In this document: positions 11,991 to 23,610 of the stretch, piece after piece
Layout: each line of letters begins with the position of its first letter
Position numbering within the stretch: the stretch's first letter is position 1
Assembly (NCBI RefSeq): GCF_006345805.1
Contig: NC_043002.1
Location: forward strand, 108,748,001-108,812,000
Reading direction: 5' to 3'
From: Octopus sinensis
Taxonomy: Eukaryota
DNA length: 64,000 nucleotides
Position numbers and translations under genes: made by a program
Notes under the pieces: model-generated
What the model was told of the DNA's origin: nothing
Databases searched by the model: none
What the model saw: the letters and a program-made list of their open reading frames with translations, nothing else

Positions 11991-14014
11991 ACCACCTCAT
12001 GCAACAACTAATATCAATGAGCCTAGATATAGCAGTTAAAGCTCAATAAAACCACACCATACAATGTTAAAAACAAAGGAAAGACACAGTGGATAGTGCA
12101 ATCCCAGATACACAAATGGACTGGATGGTCATGGTTGTTATGCCTTTGATCAAAGATCCATTGGATCAAAGGTGACTCGAGGCTAAACAACAGACAGAAT
12201 CCTTCTTCTAGCTTTGGAAACCCTGCCCCAACTATATAAGAGAATTCTTGGGACTACTGCTAAATTTTTACTGGGAATTTCTTTCAGAAAACATCTTCCA
12301 CTCTGTTTAAAAATATAGAGAATGGTACTTAAGGAAATAGTTGATAGAAATAACCTAATAAATAGCGTGTAATGTTCCCCTCAATAATAATGCCTAAGTA
12401 TGAATCAAACATGTAAATTGTTTTGAAATATATTCAGCTGAAAAAATAGTATTGGTTGATATTAGAAATTTATCTAGAAAATTTTAGCAATTACAACACA
12501 AATTAATACAACACTGAAATCAAATCAAGCAAAATTAGAGGGATTTAAGGAATGACTAAACAGTAAATAACAGAGAATAGCAATACTAAGGCCATAGAAT
12601 CACTGATTTATTCATAACTATAATATAGCTAGGAATAATTACTAATGAGGAGACAGTTTTGAGGTTTGTTTGTTTTTTTTTAAAGGGAAATGGTTAGTGA
12701 AGACTAAGAAATTCTATACTAATGTTATTAGGAATAATTGAACATTAGGAGGAGACACAGCAAACTGACAGTGAGAGCATCATCTTTAACTAGCATGTCA
12801 ATGAAGTAGGATATAGGGAAATCAGTGACAATGAAAAGAGAGGGGGAGGAAGTAACTGAGACAGAACAGCCGGCAAGGAGGTCAACCCACCTGATTTTTT
12901 AACACCACTTTCATATTTTATCTGTCCTGAAAAGTTTTATAGAAAAGAAAAAAAATTGAAATGTGCATAAAATAATTGGAGTGAAAAATGAAGTTATTCT
13001 AGGGAAGAGGTTAACAAAAAAAGAAAAATTTCTTCAAAAGCAAATAATAGTTTAGAGTATGAATGATGAGTGAGGTACTATGTCCTAATGGGATTACAAT
13101 AATATAAACATTGATTTTATGAGTATTAGTAAATTTGTAATAATCCCATGACAATTTATGCTAATGCTAATTAATTTAAATACAAATTAAAATAGCAGCA
13201 AGATTGAAATCAGGGTTTTTTTTTACATGTGAAAATCAAAAAACAAAAAAAAAATCTAAGTAAAATAACCACTCACCACAATATTGAACCATGTATGTGG
13301 GTATCTGAAATCCATGGCTAATACAAGAACAATACAAAGTTGTACACGTAAAAATTATAGAAGTCAATTTTAAAACAATTCCTTGATCCATAATAAGAAA
13401 ATGCCATCATGGGATGCCGTCCAGCTCTAGCTATTACTGCTTGTAATGCAAAGATCACTGGATTTGTAAGTTGTACTGCAATAATCCATGAAAAACTCAA
13501 ATGTAACCAAAATATTTTCTTGGTACAAGTTGAGAGCCTTAAAGAAATTTGGATCCATATCATCTTAAAGAAAACTAAATTTTAATTTACTGACTAAAAC
13601 AAATGATGATATTAATCCATTTCAACCAAATTTATAAATATTCCCAAAATATAGAAATTATAAGTTGACCCCTGTATGTTAGTGTAACAATACCACAGGT
13701 GTTTGAAAAATGTCTTGGGAGTTTTCTCAGAAAGAACAACAAAAAAAGAATCATTTACTTGGCATAAAATCAAATTTCTTTGATAAGAAAGTGGTCAACA
13801 GAATCACATAATCCCAAACACACAAATCATGAGTGTTTATGTGTGAATATGCATGTGTGTAAATATGTGTGTGTATCAGTGTGTTGAATTAATACCAAAA
13901 GTGATAGAAACATTTTGATTTAACCACAAGAAAGGACAGCATCGACACCTGCATCAAGGTAGTTCTCCAGACAGAACTGCAACCATTTTAAGATACAATT
14001 CTTAACTGACTTAC

Positions 14015-14108
14015 TGTGTTTTTGTGTTCCTTTGGGTCCATCAATCCACTGAACTTTAGGGAGGTCTCTTAATACATTCAGCAAATATGGTAGGATTTTT
14101 TCTTTGTA
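14015..14108 (-). CDS. PI4KA: PI4KA exon 3 (YKEKILPYLLNVLRDLPKVQWIDGPKGTQKH+1 nt)
   Basis: Acceptor ttctttcttttcttcttactgacag, donor CA|GTAAGT, 94 nt (phase 0 to 1). Resembles PI4KA [21 protein letters not shown]. Confidence 0.95.
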
Positions 14109-14164
14109 CTGTCAGTAAGAAGAAAAGAAAGAATATAGTTCCAGCAAATAAACATGATCATCAC

Positions 14165-14340
14165 GTAAAAATCACCCACTACACTCACGGAGTGGTTGGC
14201 GTTAGGAAGGGCATCCAGCCGTAAAAACATTGCCAGATCAGACTGGGCTTGGTGCAGCCTTCTGGCTTCCCAGACCCCAGTTGAACCGTCCAACCCATGC
14301 TAGCATGGAAAGCGGATGCTAAACGATGATGATGATCATC
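14165..14340 (+). mobile_element. Short RTE-3'-tail-derived repeat with (GAT)n tail
   Basis: Ends ...gcggatgctaaacgatgatgat. Other copies near 6379-6510, 30790-31075, 38085-38335, 38395-38655, 48295-48640, 54545-54780 and 63480-63675. Confidence 0.75.
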
Positions 14341-14810
14341 ATCATCATCATTTTAATGTCAACATTTCCATGCTTCCAAGGTGCATTTTCTATGGCTGGA
14401 TGCCTTTCCTGTTGCTAATCCTCAAATCTATTCTAAGAAGTGTACTTTCCCTATTTTTTTAGTAATCCTACTCCATCAACCATTCCCTAGTGTCTACACT
14501 AACTACTCTCGCTTGTTCTCTTCTATTTTCATCTCAGAACTGCAATTATTTGAATATTTTCTCCCCAGTCATTCATTATTTTGATGTCCCATATTTTCAC
14601 ACTTGCATCAGTTGGACAGAATTCAATGAAGCAGATCTTCTGCAGCTGGATGCCCTTCCTGTCACCAATCGGCACTTGTATGTAAACAAGAGTTTTCCCC
14701 ATGACAGGATAAGTTTTTGATGGAAGACTGGAAACAAATGACACCACTTGTATGATGGTGATACTCATTTACAACTCTTACATGATGCCGAGAGAGACAC
14801 ACACACACAC

Positions 14811-14885
<75 letters not shown>

Positions 14886-15341
14886 CCCTCCTAGCTGTTT
14901 ATATTAATTTTTAGTATATGCATTAACATTTTGCTAAATCACCCATAAATTTTTATGGTAAATATATATGCAGATAGACTGAATTAGCTGACCATTGGCT
15001 ATCTGGTCAGTCACTACTGACGATGCCTACAGAATAGGCTGACCTAGATCTAATCTGATGATTCCAGAGACGGTCATGGGGCAGTTACCTCTCCTGTCAG
15101 CATATGTACACCATGCACTCGTCTTACAGCACTAAGAGTTTTTTACCTCTTATTTCTAGAAATATAAGTGCTTTGGTCAACCCTGGGCTATAGCAGACGT
15201 TTGCCCAGGGTGTTATACAGAGGGACTGAACCTGAAACACTAAGGTTGACAAGCAATATGTACCTAAATTCTCCACACACCAATGTAAATTGTCAAAGAT
15301 TAAGCAGGCTGACCATCCTACTTTGGACTAATAAACATAAA

Positions 15342-15550
15342 TACTCTTTTTTACTCTTTTACTTGTTTCAGTCATTTGACTGCGGCCATGCTGGAGCACC
15401 GCCTTTTAGTCAAGCAAATCGACCCCGGGACTTTGTAAGCCCAGTACTTATTCTATCGGTCTCTTTTGCCGAACCGCTAAGTGACAGGGACGTAAACACA
15501 CCAGCATCGGTTGTCAAGCAATGCTAGGGGGACAAACACAGACACACAAG

Positions 15551-15582
<32 letters not shown>

Positions 15583-15752
15583 CATATATACGACAGGCTT
15601 CTTTCAGTTTCCGTCTACCAAATCCACTCACAAGGCATTGGTCGGCCCGGGGCTATAGCAGAAGACACTTGCCCAAGATGCCACGCAGTGGGACTGAACC
15701 CGGAACCATGTGGTTGGTTAAAGCTACTTACCACACAGCCACTCCTGCGCCT
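15342..15752 (-). mobile_element. Abundant tRNA-derived SINE (internal TA/CA microsatellite, AAAGAGT-type tail)
   Basis: Head aggcgcaggagtggctgtgtggtaag...ggttccgggttcagtccc, tail gactgaaacaagtaaaagagt. Source of the recurring MLGGQTQTH/MSSNARGTN ORFs. Confidence 0.85.
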
Positions 15753-18241
15753 ATAGTTACTATTATTTTAAAACACCAGTGTGTATAAGATTTATAATAT
15801 CTAAAGAAATGTGGAATGGCACTAGCTGTAATATTTTGTCTCAGAGAACCACCTCAAGGGATCAAACACTGATGAATCATCAGATATTGTTTCAGTTTGA
15901 TTTAGTCTCCACGGTGACAAATCTTGCAGATGTTCTGAGCCAAATCAAAAATGCTGGTTTCAATATAAAAATAAAGGAAACAAAACAATTGCTGATTTGT
16001 GTGAAAGTTTAATCATGCTATCATAGCATCGTTATTTTACATCTGTCTTTCCATAGTGGAACAAGTTGGGCCACTCTCACAGTATCTTATCACTCATCAT
16101 AGACCTTACCATGTGGCACACACAGCAACTAAAAGAAACTGGCCATTTTTGTTGACTTGTAACTGTTATAGCATTTCTCTTTATTATAGGCATAAGGCCT
16201 GAATATAGAGGGACATACAACTGACATGCGGGGTCATAAAAATGAATGGAAAATGATAATGAAATTAACATAATTATGATGAAAATGAGACGGCCATCTC
16301 ACCCCCGCTACGAGACGAACTGTGAATACCTTTATGATTAACTTTACAATTAAACTTTACAATTAACTTTACAAATACACTTTACAATTAAACTTAAAAA
16401 CCACCTCTAGTTTCGCTACAATGCGAAACCATGACCTTTCCTTTCATTTCCTGCCTTTAAAATGAACGCTCATATGAGTTACAGCATGGACTGGGTTGAT
16501 CTTCTTGTGCCACTGGCTCTACATAAGTTGTCTGTAAAGAGTCTCTACCTGCATTAGGTCTTATTCTGAGTTACTCTCCTCTAGACAGGGTACTTTGGGA
16601 TACAGCTTGCAGAGTCCATATCTCCTTTATTCTTTCTACATGTGGGTGCCCTTCTTATCAAACACTTTACAGCATGGACTCAGAGAATTATATTATGCCC
16701 ATTTACAACAGATAAACTATAGTCAGGAACTTCGCTATGGGCTAGCCAGGGAGCTGGTCCGCAGCAAAGTGAACTTCCAGTTAAGCAGGCTTTCTACTTA
16801 GCAGGAGTTGACTAGCGGATGTAACCCTCATGTATTTAATAAATCTTTCGTTAACACAAATCTGGTTCCCATTAATTTTGTGTTTATAGCTTAACTAAAG
16901 TTATACCCACACTTATTTAAAAAGACTTTTCTTGCTCTTCATATATTGATAATCTAGAGAATAATTATTCTTTACACTCAGAATATATGAGTCACCCAAC
17001 AGTAAATCAAAATTCCATAAATACTTAATATTTACATTAGTTACATTTGACGGATATTTGTCCTTATCTTGTTTGTTAACACAATGTTAACAACTGAAAC
17101 TTGCTTAATACCACAGATTTGCTTGTCAATTGCTTGGCCTTAACCAGTTGAGCATGTCCCTTGGTGGACCTCTAATTACAATAAGTGCATCTCTAATCAC
17201 AAGCAGGAATCATGTATGTGAAAGAGAAAGAGGGAGAGTTTGTATTTCCTTGTTTACACATGTTCATGTGTAGACATTGGCATTACAGATGTCATCTGCT
17301 TGCAGTCCACCATGAAAGCATGTCTAGGCCCCTTAACATGTCTCGACATGTGACACAATCTTTGTAAACAAAAGGCTCATTCATTCAGTGTCATTTGTTT
17401 TTAATTCCCCACACAAAAACATGTCCAGGCTGTTTGTTTGATAGACTAGGAGGTTATTACCTTACTTGAAAACAATTGGAGGGTTGACAACAAGAAAGGC
17501 TTCCTGCCATGGGAAACTCTACTACAGACCTTTGTCAAACCCATGTAAGCATGGGAAAGTAAATATTAAAATGATAAGGAAGAGGATTTTGCTAATTTTT
17601 TAACTTTTAATTTCATCTTTAAATATGACAAGCATTTTAATATTTACAATTTCACATTTCAGTTGGCTTAGTGTGTGTGTGTGTGTGTGTGTGTTTACAT
17701 CCCTGTAACTTGGTTTGGTCCAAGGGAACAATGGAATAAGTACAAGGTTTAAAAACAAATAAGTGATGGGGGTCAATCCATTTGACTAAAATTTTTCAAG
17801 GTAGTGCCCCAGCATGGCCACAATGTAATGATGGAACAAGATAAAAAATTATGCCAAAGCAACACTTTGAATCTTCTCCAATTTTGAAAGCATTATTCTT
17901 ACCAGTAAGAATTGTACATTATTTACAGTAAAAGAACTTAGAACTTTGAGAGAGATGAAATAAATTATTTTTAATGGTGGAACACAAAGTAGATAAAATT
18001 ATAAATAGATTATTGGGTTAAAAAAATAAATCCCTTAGAGAAAAAAATGGAATTGAAGACTACATGTGGATATTTTAAACCAATACTCTACAAGCTATTA
18101 TTAATAGCTTTATCTACTTCAAGTTCCACCATTAAAAACTTGACTTTGTATCTCTCAAGGTGTCTTAATTCTTATAATTAGCATATCTCTTTCTAGTCTA
18201 CAAGACATTAAATCTGACATCATGACATTAAGATATGTAAT

Positions 18242-18640
18242 AGGAGTGGCTGTGTGGTAAGTAGCTTGCTAACCAACCACATGGTTCCGGGTTCAGTCCC
18301 ACTGTGTGGCACCTTGGGCAAGTGTCTTCTGCTATAGCCCCGGGCCGACCAATGCCTTGTAAGTGGATTTGGTAAATGGAAACTGAAAGAAGTCTGTCGT
18401 ATAAATGTATATATATATGTATGTGTGTGTATGTGTTTGTGTGTCTGTGTTTGTCCCCCTAGCATTGCTTGACAACCGATGCTGGTGTGTTTACGTCCCC
18501 GTCACTTAGCGGTTCGGCAAAAGAGACCGATAGAATAAGTACTGGGCTTACAAAGAATAAGTCCCGGGGTCGATTTGCTCGACTAAAGGTGGTGCTCCAG
18601 CATGGCCGCAGTCAAATGACTGAAACAAGTAAAAGAGTAA
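18242..18640 (+). mobile_element. Same SINE family
   Basis: Near-identical to the 15342 copy, in opposite orientation. Confidence 0.85.
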
Positions 18641-19288
18641 GCTCAAAAATGTTTGTAATATGAAACTTAGTGAATACACAGGCCATGACTGCAGAGCACA
18701 AACATGGCTGTGGAATTATGAAGATTACTTTGCAAACCTTGTAATTTTAGAGTCAGTTCCACAGTGTGACTCTTTGGAGCAAAGTGTTTTCTAGAACAGA
18801 CCCACACTGAATGATATGTTGTAGGTGAATCTGACAGAGGAATCTGTATGGAAGCCCATTATAAGGGGTGCATAAGGAGTTTGTGAATGTATTTGTGTGA
18901 ATATTGTTACTCCATGATGTGGCTTGTCACCAGCTGAGCAAAATGGTACCATAATGTTTACATTCTTTACTGAGATTAGAACTGTTGCTCTATATTTTTG
19001 AAAGCCTGTCAAATAAAAACATAAAATCCCTTACTTTGAAACACAGGTAAGGTTTGTTGAAATTAAGAGTTCCCACACTGTAAGATCCTGCCTTGAATAA
19101 AATTTCATACAACACATGCTAGCATGGAACAAAACCAGATACCAAACAAACAAACATTTGGATTGGTTGTCATTGACATCACAACAAATTGGTATTTGTT
19201 ATTTGTGACTAAAACTCAAAATAATGAGAAAAAAATTAATTTTTTAGACTTCTTTTTAGTGGTAGGCAAGGCTGGATTTAAGCATAAA

Positions 19289-19769
19289 TTAACCCTTTCG
19301 TTACTGTTTTATTTTGAGACGCTCTGTGTTTCTTTCAATTGATTTTAAATATAACAAAGAATTTAGGAAAATAACTTAGTTATCATTAAGCTAGTGTCAG
19401 GAACATCAATTGTGACTACAGTTTGGTGGAAGATTTTAATTAAAAACTTATGAAAACAAGACATTTGTACTATAGAACGAGAGCTGGTTTCAGCCAGGTT
19501 GGTATCAAAAGGGTTAAGAATTGTTTGTCTATTATATATTTTAACCCTTTTGTTACCATATTTATTTTGAGATGCTCTGTGTTTCTTTCAATTAATTTTA
19601 AATATAACAAAGAATTTAGGAAAATAACTTAGTTATCATTAAGCTAGTGTCAGGAACATCAATTGTGACTAAGGTTTGGTGGAAGATTTTAATTAAAGAC
19701 TTATGAAAACAACACATTTGTACTTAGAGCCAGAGGTGGTTTCAGTTGGGTTGGTAACAAAAGGGTTAA
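19289..19769. mobile_element. Tandem dimer of the piggyBac-type MITE with 23-bp spacer
   Basis: Units 19293-19513 and 19545-19765, each TTAA-bounded. Spacer gaattgtttgtctattatatatt. Confidence 0.85.
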
Positions 19770-20339
19770 GCCACAAAAGAACTAAAAAAGCATATCATCA
19801 TCATCATTTAACATCCAAATTCCATACTGTTAGGGTTAGGGTTGTGTTATGCACCAATGTCTTTCTGTAGCTGGACACCCTTCTTAATGTCAACTACTTT
19901 ACAGAGTATAATGGGTGCTTTTTACATGGCACCAGCACTAGTGGTGGCTTCCTCATAACTTACAAGACCCTAAAGTGGCCCCTATAACTGAGAGATAACA
20001 AGAGAGCACTGGGTGCTTTTTTTCTTTTTTGCAATACTAGCATTATTGAGGTTGCTAAGTAACTCACAAGGAAGAGACCCTTCAACTTTAGTGGGGTTTT
20101 AATAAAGAGGGAGATGGATTTATTCTAGCTTTTAAGAGGTTAAAGTATGACAGAGAAACAGGAACAGGTGCCTTGCTATCGAAGAGATACATGACAACCT
20201 TGGATTACACATTGGGGTGAGTGGGAGTTAAATAATAAAACCTCCTTTGGGAGCACAACCATAATTGTACAGTTTTATTCTTCAGACTGCATTAAACACA
20301 CAACCATATGAATAAAAATTCATAGAAAAAGGCTCATAC

Positions 20340-20459
20340 CTGAAGTCCAGACTCTAATAGATATATACCCAAAGCAATGATAACATCCTGCGACCGGCTA
20401 TCCAATTTAAGTGTTCCATGGTTACTTTCCACTGGACATAATTTCATAATCTTGTTAAC
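20340..20459 (-). CDS. PI4KA: PI4KA exon 2 ([40 protein letters not shown])
   Basis: Acceptor ctaatttaatgtctgtctcttacag, donor CAG|GTATGA, 120 nt open frame. Closely resembles human PI4KA [39 protein letters not shown] as recalled. Confidence 0.95.
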
Positions 20460-20737
20460 CTGTAAGAGACAGACATTAAATTAGGAAAAATTAAATATGG
20501 CGGTGCCCCAGCATGGTCACAGTCTGATGACTGAAACAAGTAAAGGAGTAAAAGAATAAGAAAAAGATCATCATAATAAATATATTATCATTATTGAGTG
20601 AGAGAGCAGTGCATGCCGTCAAAGTGACACTGGGGTAAAATATAGGAAGCCCAATATACTCATCATGACTACCCATCTGATAAGGGTCCACCAGGCACAT
20701 GCATCACAATCATATATATATATACATACACACATAT

Positions 20738-20770
<33 letters not shown>

Positions 20771-20881
20771 CAGGGTGTCCCAAAAAAATGTATACACATA
20801 GTGGTTCGGCAAAAGAGAACGATAGAATAAGTACTAGGCTTACAAAGAATAACAAATTTACAATTATTTTGGGACACCCTG
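20771..20881. mobile_element. 111-bp Tc1/mariner-type mini-element containing a SINE fragment
   Basis: TA|CAGGGTGTCCCAAAA...TTTTGGGACACCCTG|TA. Interior ggttcggcaaaagagaacgatagaataagtactaggcttacaaagaataa matches the abundant SINE body. Confidence 0.7.
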
Positions 20882-20930
20882 TATATATATGTGTGTGTGT
20901 GTGTGTGTACATATATATATGTACATATAC

Positions 20931-20963
<33 letters not shown>

Positions 20964-21914
20964 CATATACATATGTGTGAGTGTGTGTGTGTACATATAT
21001 ATATATATATATATATGTCACATATGAGCTTTTTCCATTTCCGTCTCCCAAATCCATTCACAGAGCTTTGGTCAGTCCATGGCTGTAGAAGAAACTTGCC
21101 CAAGGTACCAAGCAGTGGGATTGAACCTGAAACTAATGTAATAAGGAAGCAAGTTCCTTAGTCACACAGCAACAACTGCACCTACAGGAAATCAATTACA
21201 ATCCATCAACCAAATCTTGAATGTAAAACTCAGAAATCATTAAAGCTTTCAGCCGTTAAATGAAAATACTAAAAAAAAAAAAAAAATGTGTCATCAGCAG
21301 CAGCCACAGCGGCAGCAGCAGCACTATCATCATGATGAGCATTGTTTAATTTAGAGAGGCACTGATGCAGTAGAACAGAAGCAAAACTGAGTCTTTGTGA
21401 AGAACAAAACCACCAGAACTATTAAAAACTCGCCAAGTTAAATAAAATAAAACCAGGAAATTATGTGAGCCAATACTGAACAATACCAAAATAATTTTGG
21501 CATCAAGCAAATCTATTATGGTTATTTCTATAGGAATGATGCTGGCTTAAAATATATTCCATCAATAACATCTGTAAATTGAGAATAAGGCCAAATCAGC
21601 TGGGTTTTAAGACTAGTTTTAGTATTATTCTATATTTCATTGCTGTCTTTTTTGCTTTTATATTTCTCATTTTGGCACGAGTCTATTTAATTAACTCCCC
21701 CTCCAACCACCACCCCACCTTCATGTTGCTTTTAGTTAATTATTTGAACAACTTCAGCCATTCCCATATTTTTTGCATTCTGAATAAATAACCTATTTCC
21801 ATGTTTGTTTTCTAGATTTACTGCTTAATCTGTGCACTGAAAGCACGGATACTGCATTTTCAACTATACAGGAATCACACCCAAAGACTTGAGGCAAACA
21901 GGAATTCAAGGTAG

Positions 21915-21946
21915 ATAATAATAATAATAACAACAAGAACAACAAC

Positions 21947-21993
<47 letters not shown>

Positions 21994-22052
21994 TGATGAT
22001 AATAATAATAATAATAATGATAATGATGATGATAATAATAATAATAATAATG

Positions 22053-22092
<40 letters not shown>

Positions 22093-22180
22093 TGATAATA
22101 ATGATAATAATAATGATAATAATAATAATGATAATAATAATAATAATGATGATAATAATAATGATAATAATAATAATAAT
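21915..22180. repeat. Long (AAT/GAT)n trinucleotide tract
   Basis: Direct reading; explains the poly-Y and poly-I ORFs. Confidence 0.95.
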
Positions 22181-22182
22181 AT

Positions 22183-22736
22183 GCCCTGATGCAGTACCAG
22201 GCAGTGGCTCTCATGGCTTCTGATCTTAACTGATTGGAAGTGTTATCATGTACATTGTTTTGTCTTGGTATAAAAGATGGGCTACAGCAAATATTCTGCT
22301 CAATACCACAGATTTGCTTGTCAGTTGTTTGACCTTAACCAGTTGAGCATGTCCCTTAGTGGCTGACGATATGTGCATCTCTGATCACGAGCAGAAGTAG
22401 TGGGGGAGCATCATAGCAATGTGTTGAGAGGGATTCTTTGGGGTTTGAATAGTTCACCTCTGGAAACATGGGTGGTTCTTTCAACATCCTTAAACAACCC
22501 TTATTCAGGGACCGTTTGAGCGGGATGGGATACTCAACCTGAAGAAAATTCTAACTGGGCCCCACTTGCAAGGTCATGTGCTGTTTATCTTGATATGAGA
22601 TCACCATGTCGCGCACATATGGTTGTGATGCATGTGCCTGGTGTACCTTTATCAGACGGGTAGTCATGATGGGTATATTGGGCTTCGTATATTTTACCCC
22701 AGTGTCACTTTGATGGCATGAACTGCTCTCTCACTC
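22183..22736 (+). mobile_element. ~550-bp non-coding repeat flanked by (AAT)n
   Basis: Further copies at 23626-24166 (+), 29336-29670 (-, partial), 20595-20710 (-, partial) and about 17110-17210 (partial). Strand assigned relative to the AAT tract. Confidence 0.75.
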
Positions 22737-23248
22737 AATAATAATGATAATAATAATGATAATAATAATAATGACAATAATAATAATAATAATGATAATA
22801 ATAATAATGATAATAATAATAATAACAATAACTTAAAAAAACTTAATTTAATTTTTTTTTTAAATGAACGAACTAGTGAGTTTAGTTTAATGGCCTACCA
22901 ATGTATACTATGAGTTTTTCTGCCCTAGGAGTCGGGAAGACACTCGGCAAGAAATGGAAGCAAATTTGAAAGAAGAAAAAAAAAAGATAATAATAATAAT
23001 AATAATGATAATAACAATAATAATAATAATCATTTCTACTGTAGGCACAAGGCCTGAAATTTTGGGAGAGGGACCAGACAATTACATCAACCCCAGTGTT
23101 TCACTGGTACTTAATTTATCAATCCAAAAGGATAAAAGTGAAGTTGACCTCAGCAGAATTTGAACTCAGAACATAGCGACAGGCGAAATACCACTAAGCA
23201 TTTTGTCCAGCGTGTTAATGATTCACCCAACTCACTGCCTTGATGATG

Positions 23249-23290
<42 letters not shown>

Positions 23291-23291
<1 letters not shown>

Positions 23292-23610
23292 CTCCCAAGT
23301 TAACCTGTCATACCCAGAAAAGTTGATAGGTATGACAGGTTAGCTTGGGAGGTTAAGCAGTTGTAGTTGATGAAAAAGGTGGTACCAATAACTGTCGAAG
23401 CCCTGAGAACAGTGAGTAAAATTCTCGAGAAGTACATGGAACAAATAGGGGCTGCAATAAGGGTGGAGCACTTGCAGAAAACAGCACTGCTTGGAACTGC
23501 TTGAATACTCTGGAAGGTGCTCGAAAAATAAGAGGTGTTACCTTAGTTCACCGGTAGTGAACAGCTGACACTGTAGTACAACTCCAGTGTTAGAAGCTGT
23601 GTGAAGGCAA
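23291..23610 (+). mobile_element. 5'-truncated R4/Dong-clade non-LTR retrotransposon in (AAT)n
   Basis: Decayed frame RKVDRYDRLAWEVKQL*LMKKVVPITVEALRTVSKILEKYMEQIGAAIRVEHLQKTALLGTA*ILWKVLEK* (stop 23529-23531) matches the R4/Dong C-terminal pattern. (AAT)n on both sides. Confidence 0.8.

Noticed and set aside
13318-13563. 81-aa ORF as a PI4KA exon
   Set aside because: It is not similar to PI4KA in any frame, and exons 3 and 4 join in phase without it. Kept only as a poison-exon candidate.
21810-21905. Plus-strand exon-like segment (ttttctag...CAAG|GTAGAT)
   Set aside because: Weak donor abutting an (AAT)n tract and an unrecognised peptide; compatible with chance.
22183-22245. HDV-like ribozyme at the 5' end of the AAT-flanked repeat
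   Set aside because: P2/P3-like pairs could be drawn, but no convincing P1, P1.1 or P4.
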